In this document: positions 1 to 12,243 of the stretch, piece by piece
Layout: every line of letters starts with the position of its first letter
How positions within the stretch are numbered: the first letter of the stretch is position 1
NCBI GenBank assembly: GCA_910586625.1
Contig: CAJUIZ010000009.1
Location: forward strand, 5,383 to 69,382
Direction: 5' to 3'
Origin: an uncultured Christensenellaceae bacterium
Lineage (GTDB): Bacteria > Bacillota > Clostridia > Christensenellales > CAG-314
Length of the DNA: 64,000 bases
Made by a program: the position numbers and the translations under genes
The notes under the pieces: model-generated
What the model was told of the DNA's origin: nothing
The model's input: only the letters and a program-made list of their open reading frames with translations
The model's database searches: none

Positions 1-187
1 TAGGGGAGATTTTGCGCTTTTTTGCGGAAAAATAACGGATTTATAACGTTTTTTCGGCGAAAAAAGTTTGCGAAAACAATTTTTTATGGGAAGTTTGCCT
101 TGTGTTATTGACAAAATACCACATTACAAGCGACTTTGCAACAATTTACGCCAATTTTATCGAAAAAATTTTTTAGGAGTTTTGTCA

Positions 188-3100
188 ATGCCACAAGACA
201 TCAAAACCGTTAAATACGGTAACCACGAAAGAAAATCTTTTTCCAAAACCAGAGAAGTGCTTCCGTTGCCTAACCTTATCGAAGTGCAAAAGTCAAGCTA
301 CAAAACCTTTATCGACCAAGGTATACGCGAAGTATTCGAAGACTTTTCGCCTATCGAAGATTTCGCCGGACATTTCCGCTTGGAGTTTTTGGATCACAGA
401 TTAGACGCTTCGCCCAAGTACTCCGAAGCGGAATGCCGTTTGCGCGACGCTACGTACGCAAGTCCGCTGCGTTTGACGGTACGTCTTACCAACAAGGGGA
501 CTGGCGAGTTCGTCGACCAGGAAGTATTTATGGGCGACTTCCCGCTTATGACGGAAACGGGCAGCTTCATTATCAACGGCGCGGAACGCGTAATCGTATC
601 CCAGCTCGTACGTTCGCCGGGAGTTTATTGCGAATCGACGTTGGACAAGAACGGCAAGCCAGTTTACAACACGACGGCGATGCCCAGCCGCGGCGCTTGG
701 TTGGAGTTCGAGCACGACGCCAACAACAATATCCTTTATGTGCATATCGACCGTAACAGAAAACTGCCTGTGACGGTGCTGCTGCGCGGCGTTCTGCACG
801 ACGGATTAAACCGCGACAGTCGTACGGGCAACGCCATAGCCGAAATTTTCGAGTACGATCCCGTGCTTGCGCTTACCTTCGTCAAGGACGACACCGCAAC
901 CGACCAAGAATCGTTGGTGGAAATATACAAGCGTTTGCGCCCCGGCGAAATTCCTACGGAAGAATCGGTGCAAAAGACGTTAAACGACCTGTTGTTCGAC
1001 GCAAAACGTTACGACCTTGCTCGCGTAGGCCGCTACAAGTACAACAAGAAGCTGTGCTTGGCAACCCGTATCGAAGGACTTACTCTCGGCTCGGACGTAG
1101 AAGTAAGCCTGCTTACTTTTGATAAATATACTTGCTTAACCCGTGAGCAGGCGGAGCTTGTAGCCAAGAGCGGTGTGGTTAACGCAATCAAAGTTCTCAA
1201 CGACCGCGGCGTTACGGTAGAGATGTCCGTAAGCGACGATGACGCTTTTTACGCTTCGGCGGTTAACGCTTACTTGGATGAGCAGGTAACCGTTCCGTAC
1301 AAGCGTACCATAACAAAGGGTACCGTTCTCACCGCATCCGACGCATTTGACATTCAGCATAGCGGCGTAAACGAGATTTACACAGACCAAGAAACGTGTT
1401 CGCTTGTGCTTAACAATACGCCGTCCAAGACGGTTCGTGATTTCGAAAAGGCCCTGTCCGAGCATCTCGGTTGCGTAGTGATGACTTCCAAAGGCGAACT
1501 CACAATCGGCGACGAAGTAATAGACGCAAGCGGCAGAGTGCTTGTCGAATTGCCCAAGACTACGTATGAAGAACGCAAAGGAGACATTTTGGTTTCCGAA
1601 GCCGCGCAAATCGCTTTTGACAACGGATTCAATCTGTACAAGTCAAACGCAGCGGGCGTAATAGTCATGAGCAAGGAATGTCCCAAGGTTAAGATTATCG
1701 GCAATAACGCCGTAGACGCAAAAACCTTTGCGCTGACAATCGATACTCATAACAACGATATCGACTTTAAGGCCTGCGGACTGTACGAAGCTGTGGACGC
1801 CGACGTGTTGCGCGAGATTTTATCCGCGGGCTTGTCGAAGGACGACGTAACCGACGCGCTAAGGACGCGCAAGGACGAGCTTATAGCCAAGCACGTTACG
1901 ATTGCGGATATCATCGCTACCGTAAACTATAACCTGTGTATGAAGTACGGCGTAGGACACGCCGACGATATAGACCACTTGGGCAACCGCCGCGTACGTT
2001 CAATCGGCGAATTGCTTCAAAACCAATTCCGCATAGGTATCTCCCGCTTGGAAAGGGTTATACGCGAAAGAATGGCAATTCAGGAACCGGGCAAGGCTAC
2101 TCCGCAAACGCTTATAAACGTTCGTCCCGTATCTTCCGCCATTAAGGAGTTTTTCGGCTCGTCGCAATTGTCGCAGTTTATGGATCAATCCAACCCCATT
2201 GCCGAGCTTACTCACAAGCGTAAGTTGTCCGCGTTGGGACCCGGCGGTTTGAATCGCGACCGCGCGACCTTCGAAGTCCGCGACGTTCACTACACTCACT
2301 ACGGACGTATGTGTCCTATCGAAACGCCCGAAGGACAGAATATCGGTTTGATAACGTCTCTTGCGGGATACGCCCGTATTAACGAGTACGGTTTTATAGA
2401 AGCACCGTACAGACGCGTAGACCGTATTCACAACACGGTAACCGATACGGTAGAGTACCTGTCCGCCGACGAAGAAGACAATTACATTATCGGACAAGCC
2501 AACGAACCGTTAGACGACGACGGTTACTTCGCAAACGAGCGTATAACCTGCCGTCGCCGTGAAGAAATATTGGAATTCCCTCGTGAAAGAGTGGATTACA
2601 TAGACGTTTCTCCGAGACAGCTTATTTCGGTTGCAACAAGTCTTATTCCGTTCTTGGAAAACGACGATACCAACCGCGCGCTGATGGGCAGTAACATGCA
2701 ACGTCAGGCTGTTCCCCTTATCAGTCCGGAAGCTCCTATAGTGGCAACCGGTATCGAAGCGCGCATAGCGTATGACTCCGGCGTAATGATTATTGCCGAG
2801 CAGGCGGGAACCGTGCTTCGCGCTTCGGATAACAAGATTATCGTTCAAAGCGACAACGGAACTCTTCAAGAATATACTCTTAAAAAGTTTATCCGCTCCA
2901 ACCAAGGAACTTGCATAAACCAAAAGATTATCGTCAAAGCGGGCGACCGCGTAGAAAAAGGGCAAGTGCTTGCCGACGGTCCCAGCACCGACGGCGGTGA
3001 ATTGGCTCTTGGTCGCAATATGATGATAGGCTTTATGACTTGGGAAGGCTACAACTACGAAGACGCCGTATTGCTTTCGGAAAAGCTTGTTAAGGAAGAC

Positions 3101-4579
3101 GCGTTTACTTCCATTCATATCGAAGAACACGAGATAGAATCCCGCGAAACCAAGCTCGGACCCGAAGAGTTTACCCGCGATATTCCCAATATCGGCGAAG
3201 ACGCTTTGAAAGACCTTGACGAAAACGGTATTATCCGTATCGGCGCGGAAGTGCATCCCGGCGACATTTTGGTAGGAAAGGTCACTCCCAAGGGAGAAAC
3301 GGACGCTACCCCCGAAGAAAAATTGCTGCGCGCTATTTTCTCGGAAAAAGCCCGCGAAGTGAGAGATACTTCCTTGCGCGTTCCCAACGGCGAAGGCGGC
3401 ATAGTAGTGGACGTAAAGGTGTTCACTCGCGAAAACAAGGACGAACTCGACCCCGGAGTGAGCAAGCTCGTTCGCGTGTATATCGCGCAAAAGCGTAAAA
3501 TCGGCGTAGGCGACAAGATGGCGGGTCGTCACGGCAACAAGGGCGTAGTATCCCGCATTTTGCCGGAAGAAGACATGCCCTTTATGGAAGACGGTACGCC
3601 GCTGCAGATAGTATTGAACCCGTTGGGTGTTCCTTCGCGTATGAATATCGGTCAGGTGCTGGAAGTCCATTTGGGACTTATATCCAAAATGCTCGGCTGG
3701 AATATATCTACCCCCGTATTCGACGGTGCTACTGAAGAAGAAATTCACAAGCTGTTCGAAGACAACGGAATGGTAAATCCGCAAACGGGCAAGGTGGACG
3801 GCAAGGTTCAGCTTTACGACGGACGTACAGGCGAACCGTTTGAAAACAGAGTAACGGTAGGCTATATGTACTACTTAAAGCTCATTCACTTGGTAGACGA
3901 CAAGATTCACGCAAGAAGCACAGGTCCGTACAGTCTTGTTACGCAGCAGCCATTGGGCGGTAAAGCTCAATTCGGCGGACAGCGTTTCGGCGAAATGGAA
4001 GTTTGGGCGTTGGAAGCTTACGGCGCGGCAAACGTTTTGCAGGAAATTCTTACCGTCAAGTCGGACGACGTGGTAGGCAGAGTTAAAACCTACGAAGCAA
4101 TTGTTAAGGGCGAGAATATTCCCGACCCCGGCATACCCGAAAGTTTCAAGGTGCTTATCAAGGAATTGCAATCGCTGGCTTTGGACGTAAAAGTTCTGTC
4201 CAAGGATAACGAAGAAATCGTCGTGCGCGATTCTACCGACGACGAAGCGGATTACAACGAAATTATGCTTGCCGAACAGGAAGAGCGCAAGCAGGCTATG
4301 CACGGATTCTCCGATGAAGACGAAATCAGTCTGGAATCCGTCGGCGAACACGGCGGCTTCGACGATACCGACGACGACTTCAGTCTTGACAGTCTGTTTG
4401 ACGACGGCGACGACGGTTTGGACGATTTGTTCGGCGATAAGAGCAACGATATCGAGACGGAAGACGACGGCGACGTTGATCTCGACGGCTTGGACAGCTT
4501 GCTCGACGCGTTGAACGGCGACGACGAAGACGATGAAGATGAAGACGTCGACTTGCTCGACGACGAAGATGACGAATAA
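188..4579 (+). CDS. rpoB: DNA-directed RNA polymerase subunit beta, 1463 aa, with an enlarged internal variable block and a polyacidic C-terminal tail
   Basis: Conserved beta motifs are present ([91 protein letters not shown]). I chose the ATG at 188, preceded by AGGAG at about 173-177, over the TTG at 68. The protein then begins [11 protein letters not shown], as in other beta subunits. Confidence 0.97.
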   Translation: MPQDIKTVKYGNHERKSFSKTREVLPLPNLIEVQKSSYKTFIDQGIREVFEDFSPIEDFAGHFRLEFLDHRLDASPKYSEAECRLRDATYASPLRLTVRLTNKGTGEFVDQEVFMGDFPLMTETGSFIINGAERVIVSQLVRSPGVYCESTLDKNGKPVYNTTAMPSRGAWLEFEHDANNNILYVHIDRNRKLPVTVLLRGVLHDGLNRDSRTGNAIAEIFEYDPVLALTFVKDDTATDQESLVEIYKRLRPGEIPTEESVQKTLNDLLFDAKRYDLARVGRYKYNKKLCLATRIEGLTLGSDVEVSLLTFDKYTCLTREQAELVAKSGVVNAIKVLNDRGVTVEMSVSDDDAFYASAVNAYLDEQVTVPYKRTITKGTVLTASDAFDIQHSGVNEIYTDQETCSLVLNNTPSKTVRDFEKALSEHLGCVVMTSKGELTIGDEVIDASGRVLVELPKTTYEERKGDILVSEAAQIAFDNGFNLYKSNAAGVIVMSKECPKVKIIGNNAVDAKTFALTIDTHNNDIDFKACGLYEAVDADVLREILSAGLSKDDVTDALRTRKDELIAKHVTIADIIATVNYNLCMKYGVGHADDIDHLGNRRVRSIGELLQNQFRIGISRLERVIRERMAIQEPGKATPQTLINVRPVSSAIKEFFGSSQLSQFMDQSNPIAELTHKRKLSALGPGGLNRDRATFEVRDVHYTHYGRMCPIETPEGQNIGLITSLAGYARINEYGFIEAPYRRVDRIHNTVTDTVEYLSADEEDNYIIGQANEPLDDDGYFANERITCRRREEILEFPRERVDYIDVSPRQLISVATSLIPFLENDDTNRALMGSNMQRQAVPLISPEAPIVATGIEARIAYDSGVMIIAEQAGTVLRASDNKIIVQSDNGTLQEYTLKKFIRSNQGTCINQKIIVKAGDRVEKGQVLADGPSTDGGELALGRNMMIGFMTWEGYNYEDAVLLSEKLVKEDAFTSIHIEEHEIESRETKLGPEEFTRDIPNIGEDALKDLDENGIIRIGAEVHPGDILVGKVTPKGETDATPEEKLLRAIFSEKAREVRDTSLRVPNGEGGIVVDVKVFTRENKDELDPGVSKLVRVYIAQKRKIGVGDKMAGRHGNKGVVSRILPEEDMPFMEDGTPLQIVLNPLGVPSRMNIGQVLEVHLGLISKMLGWNISTPVFDGATEEEIHKLFEDNGMVNPQTGKVDGKVQLYDGRTGEPFENRVTVGYMYYLKLIHLVDDKIHARSTGPYSLVTQQPLGGKAQFGGQRFGEMEVWALEAYGAANVLQEILTVKSDDVVGRVKTYEAIVKGENIPDPGIPESFKVLIKELQSLALDVKVLSKDNEEIVVRDSTDDEADYNEIMLAEQEERKQAMHGFSDEDEISLESVGEHGGFDDTDDDFSLDSLFDDGDDGLDDLFGDKSNDIETEDDGDVDLDGLDSLLDALNGDDEDDEDEDVDLLDDEDDE

Positions 4580-4593
4580 GGGAGGTAACGTAA

Positions 4594-7500
4594 ATGAGTA
4601 ACGAATCGACGCTTACAGGACAATCTATATCGACGTTGCGTTCAAATACTTTGGCTCGAACGGGCATTATGAACGATTTCGATTCCATTCGTATTGGCAT
4701 CGCATCTCCCGAAAAAATTCGCGAGTGGTCCTACGGAGAAGTCAAAAAATCCGAAACAATTAACTACCGCACGCAAAAGCCGGAAAAGGACGGTTTGTTC
4801 TGCGAAAGAATTTTCGGACCGGTTAAGGACTGGGAATGCCACTGCGGCAAGTACAAAAGAATACGCTACAAAGGCGTAGTGTGCGAAAAGTGCGGAGTAA
4901 AAGTAACCAAATCCAAGGTGCGCAGAGAGCGTATGGGACATATCGAGCTCGCAGCTCCCGTATCTCACATTTGGTATTTCCGCGGCACGCCTTCGCGTAT
5001 GGGGCTTATTCTCGATATGTCGCCCAAGTATTTGGAACAGCTTATCAACTTTCAAAGCTACGTAGTTATCGACCCGATGAAGAGCGGTATGATGTACAAG
5101 CAGATACTGACTATGAGCGAGTACCGCGAAGCGCAGGCTAAGGCGAAGGAAGACCCTAACCTTAACTTCCGCGCGGGCACCGGCGCCGAAGCGGTGCGCG
5201 AGCTGCTGCAAAATATCGATTTGGAAGCGGAAAGCAAGGAATTGCGCGACATATTGGCTAAAACCAACCAAGGCGCAAAGAAGGTAAGGGCTATCAAACG
5301 CTTGGACATAGTGGAAGCGTTCAGAAAAAGCGGCAACCATCCCGAGTGGATGATTTTGACCGTTCTGCCGGTGCTTCCGCCGGAACTCCGCGCAATGGTA
5401 CCCTTGGATGGCGGAAGATACGCCACAAGCGACCTGAACGACCTGTACCGCAGAGTAATCAACCGCAACAACCGCCTAAAAAGGCTTATAGAAATAAACG
5501 CTCCCGAGATTTTGATTAACAACGAGAAGCGTATGCTGCAAGACGCCGTTGACAGCTTGTTGGACAACAGCCGCAGTAAACGTCCGCAAACGGGCGCCGG
5601 CAACAGAGAATTGAAATCGTTATCCGGTTTGCTTCGCGGTAAACAGGGACGTTTCCGTCAGAATCTGCTCGGAAAGCGCGTAGACTATTCGGGACGTTCC
5701 GTTATCGTAGTAGGACCGGAGCTCAAACTGCATCAATGCGGTATCCCCAAAGAAATGGCTTTGGAATTATTCAAGCCCTTCGTAATGAAAAAATTGGTGG
5801 AAACCAATCAGTGCCACAACGTTAAATCCGCTAAAAAACGCGTAGAAAGAGCGGACGCCAAGGTATGGGATATTTTGGAAGGAGTAATTAAAGACCACCC
5901 CGTAATGCTCAACCGCGCGCCCACGCTGCACAGACTGTCTATTCAGGCATTTGAGCCGGTACTTATCGAAGGCAGAGCTATCAAGCTTCATCCCCTTGCT
6001 TGTACCGCGTTTAACGCCGACTTCGACGGAGACCAAATGGCGGTGCACGTACCGCTTTCTATCGAAGCGCAGACGGAAGCGAGATATTTGATGCTTGCCG
6101 CAAACAATATTTTGAAGCTGTCCGACGGCAAACCCGTTATTTCGCCCACGCAGGATATGGTACTCGGTTGTTATTACCTTACAACCGTACGCTGCGACGC
6201 GGAAGAAACCAAGAAGCTTATCGAACTGTACGACGTAACGCGTAAACAGCGCGCTTTGACGGAGAACGAGCTTGAAGTTTTGCGTAAGGGACATTATTAC
6301 AGCAGCTTTGACGAAGCGTACGAAGCGTACGTCGCAAAAGACATTACTCTGCAAACCGTTGTAAACATTCGTTTGGATAACGGCGAAAAAATTTGGACTA
6401 CGGTAGGCAGATTGATATTCTGTCAGGCTATTTACTACGATTACGCAGACAGTTCCGCCGAAAAGGACGATCAATATATTACCGACCCCGAAATTTTGGC
6501 TCAAAAGCAGTTGGAACGTCGCACACTGGGAATACGCCGCGATCTCACAAAGGATATGATAGGCAACCCCAAGAGCTATTTGGTCGGCAAAAAACAGCTT
6601 TCTCAAATAGTGGAAAAGTGCTTTAAGCTGCGCGGTACTACGCCTACGGCGACAATGTTGGATAACGTCAAGGCGCTCGGGTACAAGTACAGTACCATCA
6701 GCGGTCTTACCACAAGCGTGTTCGATATGAACATTCCTACCGAAAAGAAAGATATTCTCGACGAAGCGGGTAAACGCGTGGTAGACATCGAAGGCGAATA
6801 TAACGAAGGTTTCTTGACGGACAACGAACGCTACAAGTCGGTTATCGAAGTTTGGAAGAACGCCGCCGCCAAGGTGGAAAACTTGGTTAAGGACGTAATG
6901 GAAGAAGACAACCCCATCTGGATGATGGCGGACTCCGGAGCCCGCGGCAGCATGAACCAGATTCGTCAATTGTGCGGTATGCGCGGATTGATGAGCGATC
7001 CTTCTGGACGTACCATCGAATTGCCCGTTAAAGCGTGCTTCCGCGAAGGACTGTCCGTATTGGAATACTTCATTTCGTCGCACGGCGGACGTAAAGGTTT
7101 GGCGGATACGGCGTTAAAGACGGCGGACTCGGGTTACCTTACCCGTCGTTTGGTGGACGTAGCGCAAAACGTTATCGTACGCGAAGAAGACTGTTCGGCG
7201 GGAAGCCGTCCGCAGGGTATGTGGATAGAAGCCTTCCGCGGCTCGGGCAAGGACGAGATTATCGAAAAGTTCGAAGACCGTATTATCGGTAAATACGTTA
7301 TCGACGACGTTGTAAATCCGCAAACGGGCGAGCTTATCTGCCGCGGTGACACAATGATTAACGACGACTTGGCTCGCGAAATAGTTAAGGCGGGAATAAG
7401 CAAGCTGTATATGAGAACGGTGCTTACCTGCCGCAGCGAACACGGCGTATGCTGCAAGTGCTACGGCTCCAATATGGCTACCGGCAAGCCCGTAAATTTG

Positions 7501-8346
7501 GGCGAAGCGGTAGGCGTAATAGCCGCTCAGTCCATAGGCGAACCGGGAACTCAGCTTACCATGCGTACCTTCCATACCGGCGGCGTTGCAACGTCAGACG
7601 ATATTACGCAAGGTTTGCCCCGCGTAGAAGAATTGTTCGAAGCGCGCAAGCCCAAGGGCTGCGCGGTAATCTGCGAAGTCAAGGGTACGGTAAGTATTCC
7701 TTCCGACACGGATAAGAAGATTGTCCGCGTAACGGACGCGCAGGGTAAAGTTACCGACTACGTTATACCGTATACGTCGCGTATCAAGGTGCGCGAAGGC
7801 GAAGCTGTGGAAAGCGGCACTCCGCTTACGGAAGGCTCGATTTTCCCGCAGGATCTGTTGTCCACCAAGGGATTGCGCGCGGTAGAAGAATATTTGGTTA
7901 AGGAAGTTCAAGCCACCTACCGTACCAACGGCGTAGAAATAAACGACAAGCACGTTGAAGTTATCGTTCGTCAAATGCTGCGTAAGGTACGTATAGAAGA
8001 CGCAGGCACGACGGATATGCTTCCGGGCGAAGTAGTGGATATCTTCAAATTCGAAGAAGAAAACGCCAAGGCTTTGGAAAACGACGGCGTACCCGCAACG
8101 GCAAAGAGAATTTTGTTGGGTATAACGAAGGCAAGTCTTGCAACGGACAGCTTCCTGTCGGCGGCTTCCTTCCAAGAAACTTCGAGAGTTTTAACGGAAG
8201 CGGCTATCAAGAATAAGTGCGACCCGTTATACGGCTTGAAAGAAAACGTAATTATCGGCAAGATGATTTCCGCAGGAACAGGTCTGAATCGTTACAGAGA
8301 AATGGAGCTTGTTCCGAAAACCGAATCCGCTGCGGAAGAAGAATAA
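4594..8346 (+). CDS. rpoC: DNA-directed RNA polymerase subunit beta prime
   Basis: It has the zinc-binding [20 protein letters not shown], the catalytic [14 protein letters not shown] and the trigger-loop region. GGGAGG sits 9 nt upstream of the ATG at 4594. A canonical-looking [10 protein letters not shown] start at 4669 has no RBS. Confidence 0.96.
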   Translation: MSNESTLTGQSISTLRSNTLARTGIMNDFDSIRIGIASPEKIREWSYGEVKKSETINYRTQKPEKDGLFCERIFGPVKDWECHCGKYKRIRYKGVVCEKCGVKVTKSKVRRERMGHIELAAPVSHIWYFRGTPSRMGLILDMSPKYLEQLINFQSYVVIDPMKSGMMYKQILTMSEYREAQAKAKEDPNLNFRAGTGAEAVRELLQNIDLEAESKELRDILAKTNQGAKKVRAIKRLDIVEAFRKSGNHPEWMILTVLPVLPPELRAMVPLDGGRYATSDLNDLYRRVINRNNRLKRLIEINAPEILINNEKRMLQDAVDSLLDNSRSKRPQTGAGNRELKSLSGLLRGKQGRFRQNLLGKRVDYSGRSVIVVGPELKLHQCGIPKEMALELFKPFVMKKLVETNQCHNVKSAKKRVERADAKVWDILEGVIKDHPVMLNRAPTLHRLSIQAFEPVLIEGRAIKLHPLACTAFNADFDGDQMAVHVPLSIEAQTEARYLMLAANNILKLSDGKPVISPTQDMVLGCYYLTTVRCDAEETKKLIELYDVTRKQRALTENELEVLRKGHYYSSFDEAYEAYVAKDITLQTVVNIRLDNGEKIWTTVGRLIFCQAIYYDYADSSAEKDDQYITDPEILAQKQLERRTLGIRRDLTKDMIGNPKSYLVGKKQLSQIVEKCFKLRGTTPTATMLDNVKALGYKYSTISGLTTSVFDMNIPTEKKDILDEAGKRVVDIEGEYNEGFLTDNERYKSVIEVWKNAAAKVENLVKDVMEEDNPIWMMADSGARGSMNQIRQLCGMRGLMSDPSGRTIELPVKACFREGLSVLEYFISSHGGRKGLADTALKTADSGYLTRRLVDVAQNVIVREEDCSAGSRPQGMWIEAFRGSGKDEIIEKFEDRIIGKYVIDDVVNPQTGELICRGDTMINDDLAREIVKAGISKLYMRTVLTCRSEHGVCCKCYGSNMATGKPVNLGEAVGVIAAQSIGEPGTQLTMRTFHTGGVATSDDITQGLPRVEELFEARKPKGCAVICEVKGTVSIPSDTDKKIVRVTDAQGKVTDYVIPYTSRIKVREGEAVESGTPLTEGSIFPQDLLSTKGLRAVEEYLVKEVQATYRTNGVEINDKHVEVIVRQMLRKVRIEDAGTTDMLPGEVVDIFKFEEENAKALENDGVPATAKRILLGITKASLATDSFLSAASFQETSRVLTEAAIKNKCDPLYGLKENVIIGKMISAGTGLNRYREMELVPKTESAAEEE

Positions 8347-8387
8347 TCTTTTCGGACGACGCGAATTAGAGTAACATTGAAAATTAC

Positions 8388-8431
8388 ACAAAGCAGTCAA
8401 GGTTAAACGCTTGACTGCTTTGTCGTGTTTT
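8388..8431 (+). terminator. Hairpin plus U-tract after rpoC, probably a partial terminator or attenuator
   Basis: ACAAAGCAGTCAAG (8388-8401) pairs with CTTGACTGCTTTGT (8410-8423), followed by CGTGTTTT. Confidence 0.5.
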
Positions 8432-8454
8432 GGTAAAATATACATTGGTGTTTT

Positions 8455-8691
8455 ATGGCTAATAACGGTTTACGAGTAGTCATTGGCAGGCGGCAGATTT
8501 TGCGCGAAGCGAAGAAGGGCAACGTTGCGGAAATACGGATCGCTACCAATGCCGAACAGCAATACATACATTCGCTTATAGATATCGCCAAGCAATACGA
8601 GATAAAGTATTTCATATCGGGAACGATGGAAGAATTTTCCGCTTACTACGGCATTGACGTTCCGTCCGGTTCCATAGGCGTTTTGAAGTAA
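8455..8691 (+). CDS. ybxF: Ribosome-associated L7Ae-family protein (YbxF/RplGB-like)
   Basis: A 78-aa protein lies between rpoC and rpsL, as in Bacillus. Its pattern VVIGRRQILREAKKGNVAEIRIATNAE...IDVPSGSIGVLK resembles the L7Ae fold family. Confidence 0.8.
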   Translation: MANNGLRVVIGRRQILREAKKGNVAEIRIATNAEQQYIHSLIDIAKQYEIKYFISGTMEEFSAYYGIDVPSGSIGVLK

Positions 8692-8889
8692 TTTATCCGT
8701 ACGTTTTGTCAACACTGTAATTGCCGCGGGATAACCTGCAATGCTTGCAATTGGCTTGGCCGAAGCGTGCTTCGGGGAGGCTATCGGCAATTATGTTTAT
8801 CTATCGGTACATCGCGACGGTATACCGCCGCTTGTATATGAGACTCGTTTTGGAGTTTCGACTATTCACTATTGAAAGGAGGTAACACA

Positions 8890-9264
8890 ATGGCAACAAT
8901 CAACCAATTGATTAGACAAGGAAGACGTAGTGAAGCGGAAAAGAGCAAATCCCCGCTGTTGGACAGCTGTCCGCAAAAGCGCGGCGTTTGTCTTAACGTC
9001 ACGACTACTTCTCCCAAAAAGCCTAACTCGGCTCTCCGTAAGATTGCGCGCGTACGCCGTACCAACGGTATGGAAGGAACGTGCTATATCCCCGGCGAAG
9101 GTCATAACCTTCAAGAGCACAGCGTGGTTTTGATTCGCGGCGGCAGAGTAAGAGACTTGCCCGGTATTCGTTATCACATTATCCGTGGTACGCTCGATAC
9201 CGCGGGAGTGGCTAACCGCAGACAGGCGCGCAGCAAGTACGGCGCAAAGCGTCCCAAGAAATAG
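8890..9264 (+). CDS. rpsL: 30S ribosomal protein S12
   Basis: The protein reads [13 protein letters not shown]...KKPNSALRK...[25 protein letters not shown] lies upstream of the ATG at 8890; the track ORF starts 18 nt earlier. Confidence 0.97.
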   Translation: MATINQLIRQGRRSEAEKSKSPLLDSCPQKRGVCLNVTTTSPKKPNSALRKIARVRRTNGMEGTCYIPGEGHNLQEHSVVLIRGGRVRDLPGIRYHIIRGTLDTAGVANRRQARSKYGAKRPKK

Positions 9265-9460
9265 ATATTTCGGAACGCAAAACTTTTACAGTTCAATTGG
9301 TGAATAGTCGGAGTTTTCGATTTTGGCTTTTCACCGAGTAAGCAGTATGTCGGCGGGTGTCCGCCTTTAAGACAGAAGTTTCTCCGCGAATAATATCGCG
9401 TCGAGTTGGCTGTATTTGGTAAAAACAAAATCAAAAAAATCTAAAAGGAGGAAAAGAACA

Positions 9461-9931
9461 ATGCCAAGAAGAAGCGGTGTCCCCAAGAGAGACGTGCTAC
9501 CCGATCCCGTTTACGGCAGCAAGGTTGTAACCAAGGTTATCAATCAAGTTATGCTTGACGGCAAGAAAGGTACCGCGCAAGAAATAGTTTACGGCGCGTT
9601 CGACGAAATTCAAAAGCGCACCGGACAAGACCCGATGGAAGTGTTCAATAAAGCGATCAATAATCTTATGCCTATGTTGGAATGTAAAGCGAGACGCGTA
9701 GGCGGAGCAAACTATCAAGTACCTATGGAAGTACGTCCCGAAAGACGTCAGACGTTAGCTATAAGATGGTTGGTTATGTTCGCGCGTAAGCGCAGCGACA
9801 GATATATGTATCTTCGCTTGGCTAACGAGCTTATGGACGCTTGTAACGAACAGGGCGGAGCATTCAAGAGAAAGGAAGAAATGCACAGATCCGCCGAAGC
9901 AAACAAGGCGTTTGCGCATTTCAGATGGTAA
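9461..9931 (+). CDS. rpsG: 30S ribosomal protein S7
   Basis: The protein reads [20 protein letters not shown]...[18 protein letters not shown] lies upstream of the ATG at 9461. Confidence 0.97.
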   Translation: MPRRSGVPKRDVLPDPVYGSKVVTKVINQVMLDGKKGTAQEIVYGAFDEIQKRTGQDPMEVFNKAINNLMPMLECKARRVGGANYQVPMEVRPERRQTLAIRWLVMFARKRSDRYMYLRLANELMDACNEQGGAFKRKEEMHRSAEANKAFAHFRW

Positions 9932-10018
9932 TTTTATGCGGAGCCGCCGCAGCGTTTTAACGATTTGACGGCGTATCACACTTCGTATAATAACGATTAA
10001 TGGAGAGAGAAAGATAAA

Positions 10019-12118
10019 ATGGCAAGAATTTATCCCCTGCAAAACGTGCGTAATATAGGTATAATGGCGCACATTGACGCGGGTAAAACAACGACAAGCG
10101 AAAGGATTCTGTTCTTTTCGGGTAAAACGCGTAAGATAGGCGAAACGCACGAAGGTACTGCGGTAATGGACAGTATGGCGCAGGAGCAGGAACGCGGTAT
10201 AACAATCGCGTCGGCGGCGACTACCGTTCATTGGATAAACCATTACGATAACGTAGATTACCGTATCAACCTTATCGACACGCCCGGCCACGTTGACTTT
10301 ACCGTAGAAGTAGAGCGTTCCTTACGCGTATTAGACGGCGCCGTAGCTGTGTTTTGCGCCAAGGGCGGCGTTGAACCGCAGAGCGAAACCGTATGGCATC
10401 AAGCGTCCAAGTATAACGTTCCCCGTATAGCGTTCGTCAACAAGATGGACATAAACGGAGCGAATTTCTACAACGTGGTAAATATGATGCGCGAGCGTTT
10501 GAAAGCCAACGCAATGCCTATCCAATTGCCTATCGGCAAGGAAGAAACCTTCAAGGGCTTGGTTGACGTAATTACCAAGCGCGCGTATATTTACAACGAT
10601 CCGAAAGGCTTGGAGATCGACGAAACGGATGTTCCCGCCGATATGGTTGACGCTGTTAACAAGGCTCACGACGAGCTTGTTGAATTTGTTGCCGGTACCG
10701 ACGACGAACTGATGGAAAAGTTCTTCGCGGAAGGCGATTTGTCCGTTGACGAAATCAAAAAGGCGCTTAGAAAGGCTGTTATAGAGCTTAAAGTAAACCC
10801 CGTGCTTTGCGGAACGGCTTACAAGAACAAGGGCGTGCAAAAGCTGCTTGACGCGGTATGCGATTATCTGCCCAGTCCCGTGGATATAGACCACGTGGTA
10901 GGCTTCGACGTGCGCGACGAAGAAAAACAGCTTGTGCGTAAGACGGACGATACCGAACCGTTCTGCGGTTTGGCTTTCAAGATTGTGGCCGACCCGTTCG
11001 TAGGCAAGTTGGCATATTGCCGCGTATACAGCGGTAAACTTCAAGCGGGCAGCTACGTTTACAATTCTACTAAGGGCAAGCGCGAACGTATTACCAAGGT
11101 GTTGCAAATGCACGCTGCGCAGCGCGAAGAAATAGACGAAACGTACGCTGGCGAAATTGTGGCTTTGGTAGGACTTAAAGACACTACCACGGGCGATACG
11201 CTTTGCGAAGAGAAGCATCCCATAGTTTTGGACAGTATGGTATTCCCCGAACCGGTTATCAAGGTTGCAATCGAACCTAAGACCAAGGCCGGACAGGAAA
11301 AAATGACGCTTGCTTTAATCAAGCTTGCGGAAGAAGACCCCACGTTCAAGACCTACACCGACAAGGAAACCGGGCAAACCATAATTGCCGGTATGGGCGA
11401 GCTGCACTTGGAAATTATCGTCGACAGACTTCTGCGCGAATTCAAGGTAGAAGCTAACGTCGGTCAACCGCAGGTATCGTACAGAGAAACTATTCGCAAG
11501 TCCGTTGAAGCGGAAGGCAAGTACGTTCGTCAGTCCGGCGGTAAAGGTCAATACGGTCATTGTAAAATCCGTATGGAACCCCAAGAAGCAGGCAAGGGTT
11601 ACGAATTTGTGGACGCAACCGTTGGCGGAAGCATTCCCAAGGAATACATTCAGCCCGTCAATAACGGTATAATCGAAGCGTCCAAGACGGGACCGCTTGC
11701 GGGCTACGAAATGGTAGACTTCAAGGTTACCGTATTCGACGGAAGCTTCCACGCGGTAGATAGCTCGGAAATGGCATTCAAAATTGCGGGATCGTTGGCG
11801 TTTAAGAACGCGGCGTTAAAAGCCGACCCCGTATTGCTCGAGCCTATGATGAAGGTGGAAATAACGATGCCCGAAGAATATTTGGGCGACGTTATGGGTA
11901 ACGTTTCTTCCCGTCGCGGCAACGTTTCGGGCATAGAGCTGCGCAACGGAGTTCAAGTAGTTAGCGCGTTTATACCTTTGGCGGAAATGTTCGGTTACGC
12001 AACCGATCTTCGCAGCCGTACGCAGGGACGCGGAAACTATTCGATGCAATTCGACCACTTTGCGGAAGTGCCTAAGGCAATTAAAGAGAAGATTGTCAAG
12101 GAAGGCGCTACAAAATAA
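10019..12118 (+). CDS. fusA: Elongation factor G
   Basis: G-domain motifs [14 protein letters not shown] and NKMD are present, in a 699-aa protein at the str-operon position. Confidence 0.97.
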   Translation: MARIYPLQNVRNIGIMAHIDAGKTTTSERILFFSGKTRKIGETHEGTAVMDSMAQEQERGITIASAATTVHWINHYDNVDYRINLIDTPGHVDFTVEVERSLRVLDGAVAVFCAKGGVEPQSETVWHQASKYNVPRIAFVNKMDINGANFYNVVNMMRERLKANAMPIQLPIGKEETFKGLVDVITKRAYIYNDPKGLEIDETDVPADMVDAVNKAHDELVEFVAGTDDELMEKFFAEGDLSVDEIKKALRKAVIELKVNPVLCGTAYKNKGVQKLLDAVCDYLPSPVDIDHVVGFDVRDEEKQLVRKTDDTEPFCGLAFKIVADPFVGKLAYCRVYSGKLQAGSYVYNSTKGKRERITKVLQMHAAQREEIDETYAGEIVALVGLKDTTTGDTLCEEKHPIVLDSMVFPEPVIKVAIEPKTKAGQEKMTLALIKLAEEDPTFKTYTDKETGQTIIAGMGELHLEIIVDRLLREFKVEANVGQPQVSYRETIRKSVEAEGKYVRQSGGKGQYGHCKIRMEPQEAGKGYEFVDATVGGSIPKEYIQPVNNGIIEASKTGPLAGYEMVDFKVTVFDGSFHAVDSSEMAFKIAGSLAFKNAALKADPVLLEPMMKVEITMPEEYLGDVMGNVSSRRGNVSGIELRNGVQVVSAFIPLAEMFGYATDLRSRTQGRGNYSMQFDHFAEVPKAIKEKIVKEGATK

Positions 12119-12243
12119 GCGTTTTGGATAAAATATTTGATTAAAAGTGTAGACCAAAACGAAAAAATAAGATATAATGTATCTGTTATAATTAAAAAAT
12201 AAAAATATTAGACATCATCAAAAATTTAGGAGGAATCACAACA

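Noticed and set aside
68-187. An N-terminal extension of the rpoB ORF from a TTG at 68.
   Set aside because: It has no RBS. The extension ([16 protein letters not shown]...) is unlike any beta subunit. The ATG at 188 has AGGAG upstream and gives a canonical N-terminus.
2510-3784. A 424-aa ORF antisense to rpoB. Similar long antisense ORFs lie at 5767-7083 (rpoC), 10331-11218 (fusA), 12226-13416 (tuf), 32080-32823 (ABC ATPase) and 36849-38021 (ileS).
   Set aside because: These are shadow ORFs inside highly conserved genes on the other strand. Their translations are low-complexity or odd in composition, they have no RBS, and I recognise no family. They are a typical by-product of codon bias in the sense gene.
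4669-4671. An alternative rpoC start at [10 protein letters not shown], which looks more like the canonical beta-prime N-terminus.
   Set aside because: No Shine-Dalgarno sequence precedes it, whereas the ATG at 4594 has GGGAGG at ideal spacing. I kept 4594 but the true start is uncertain.
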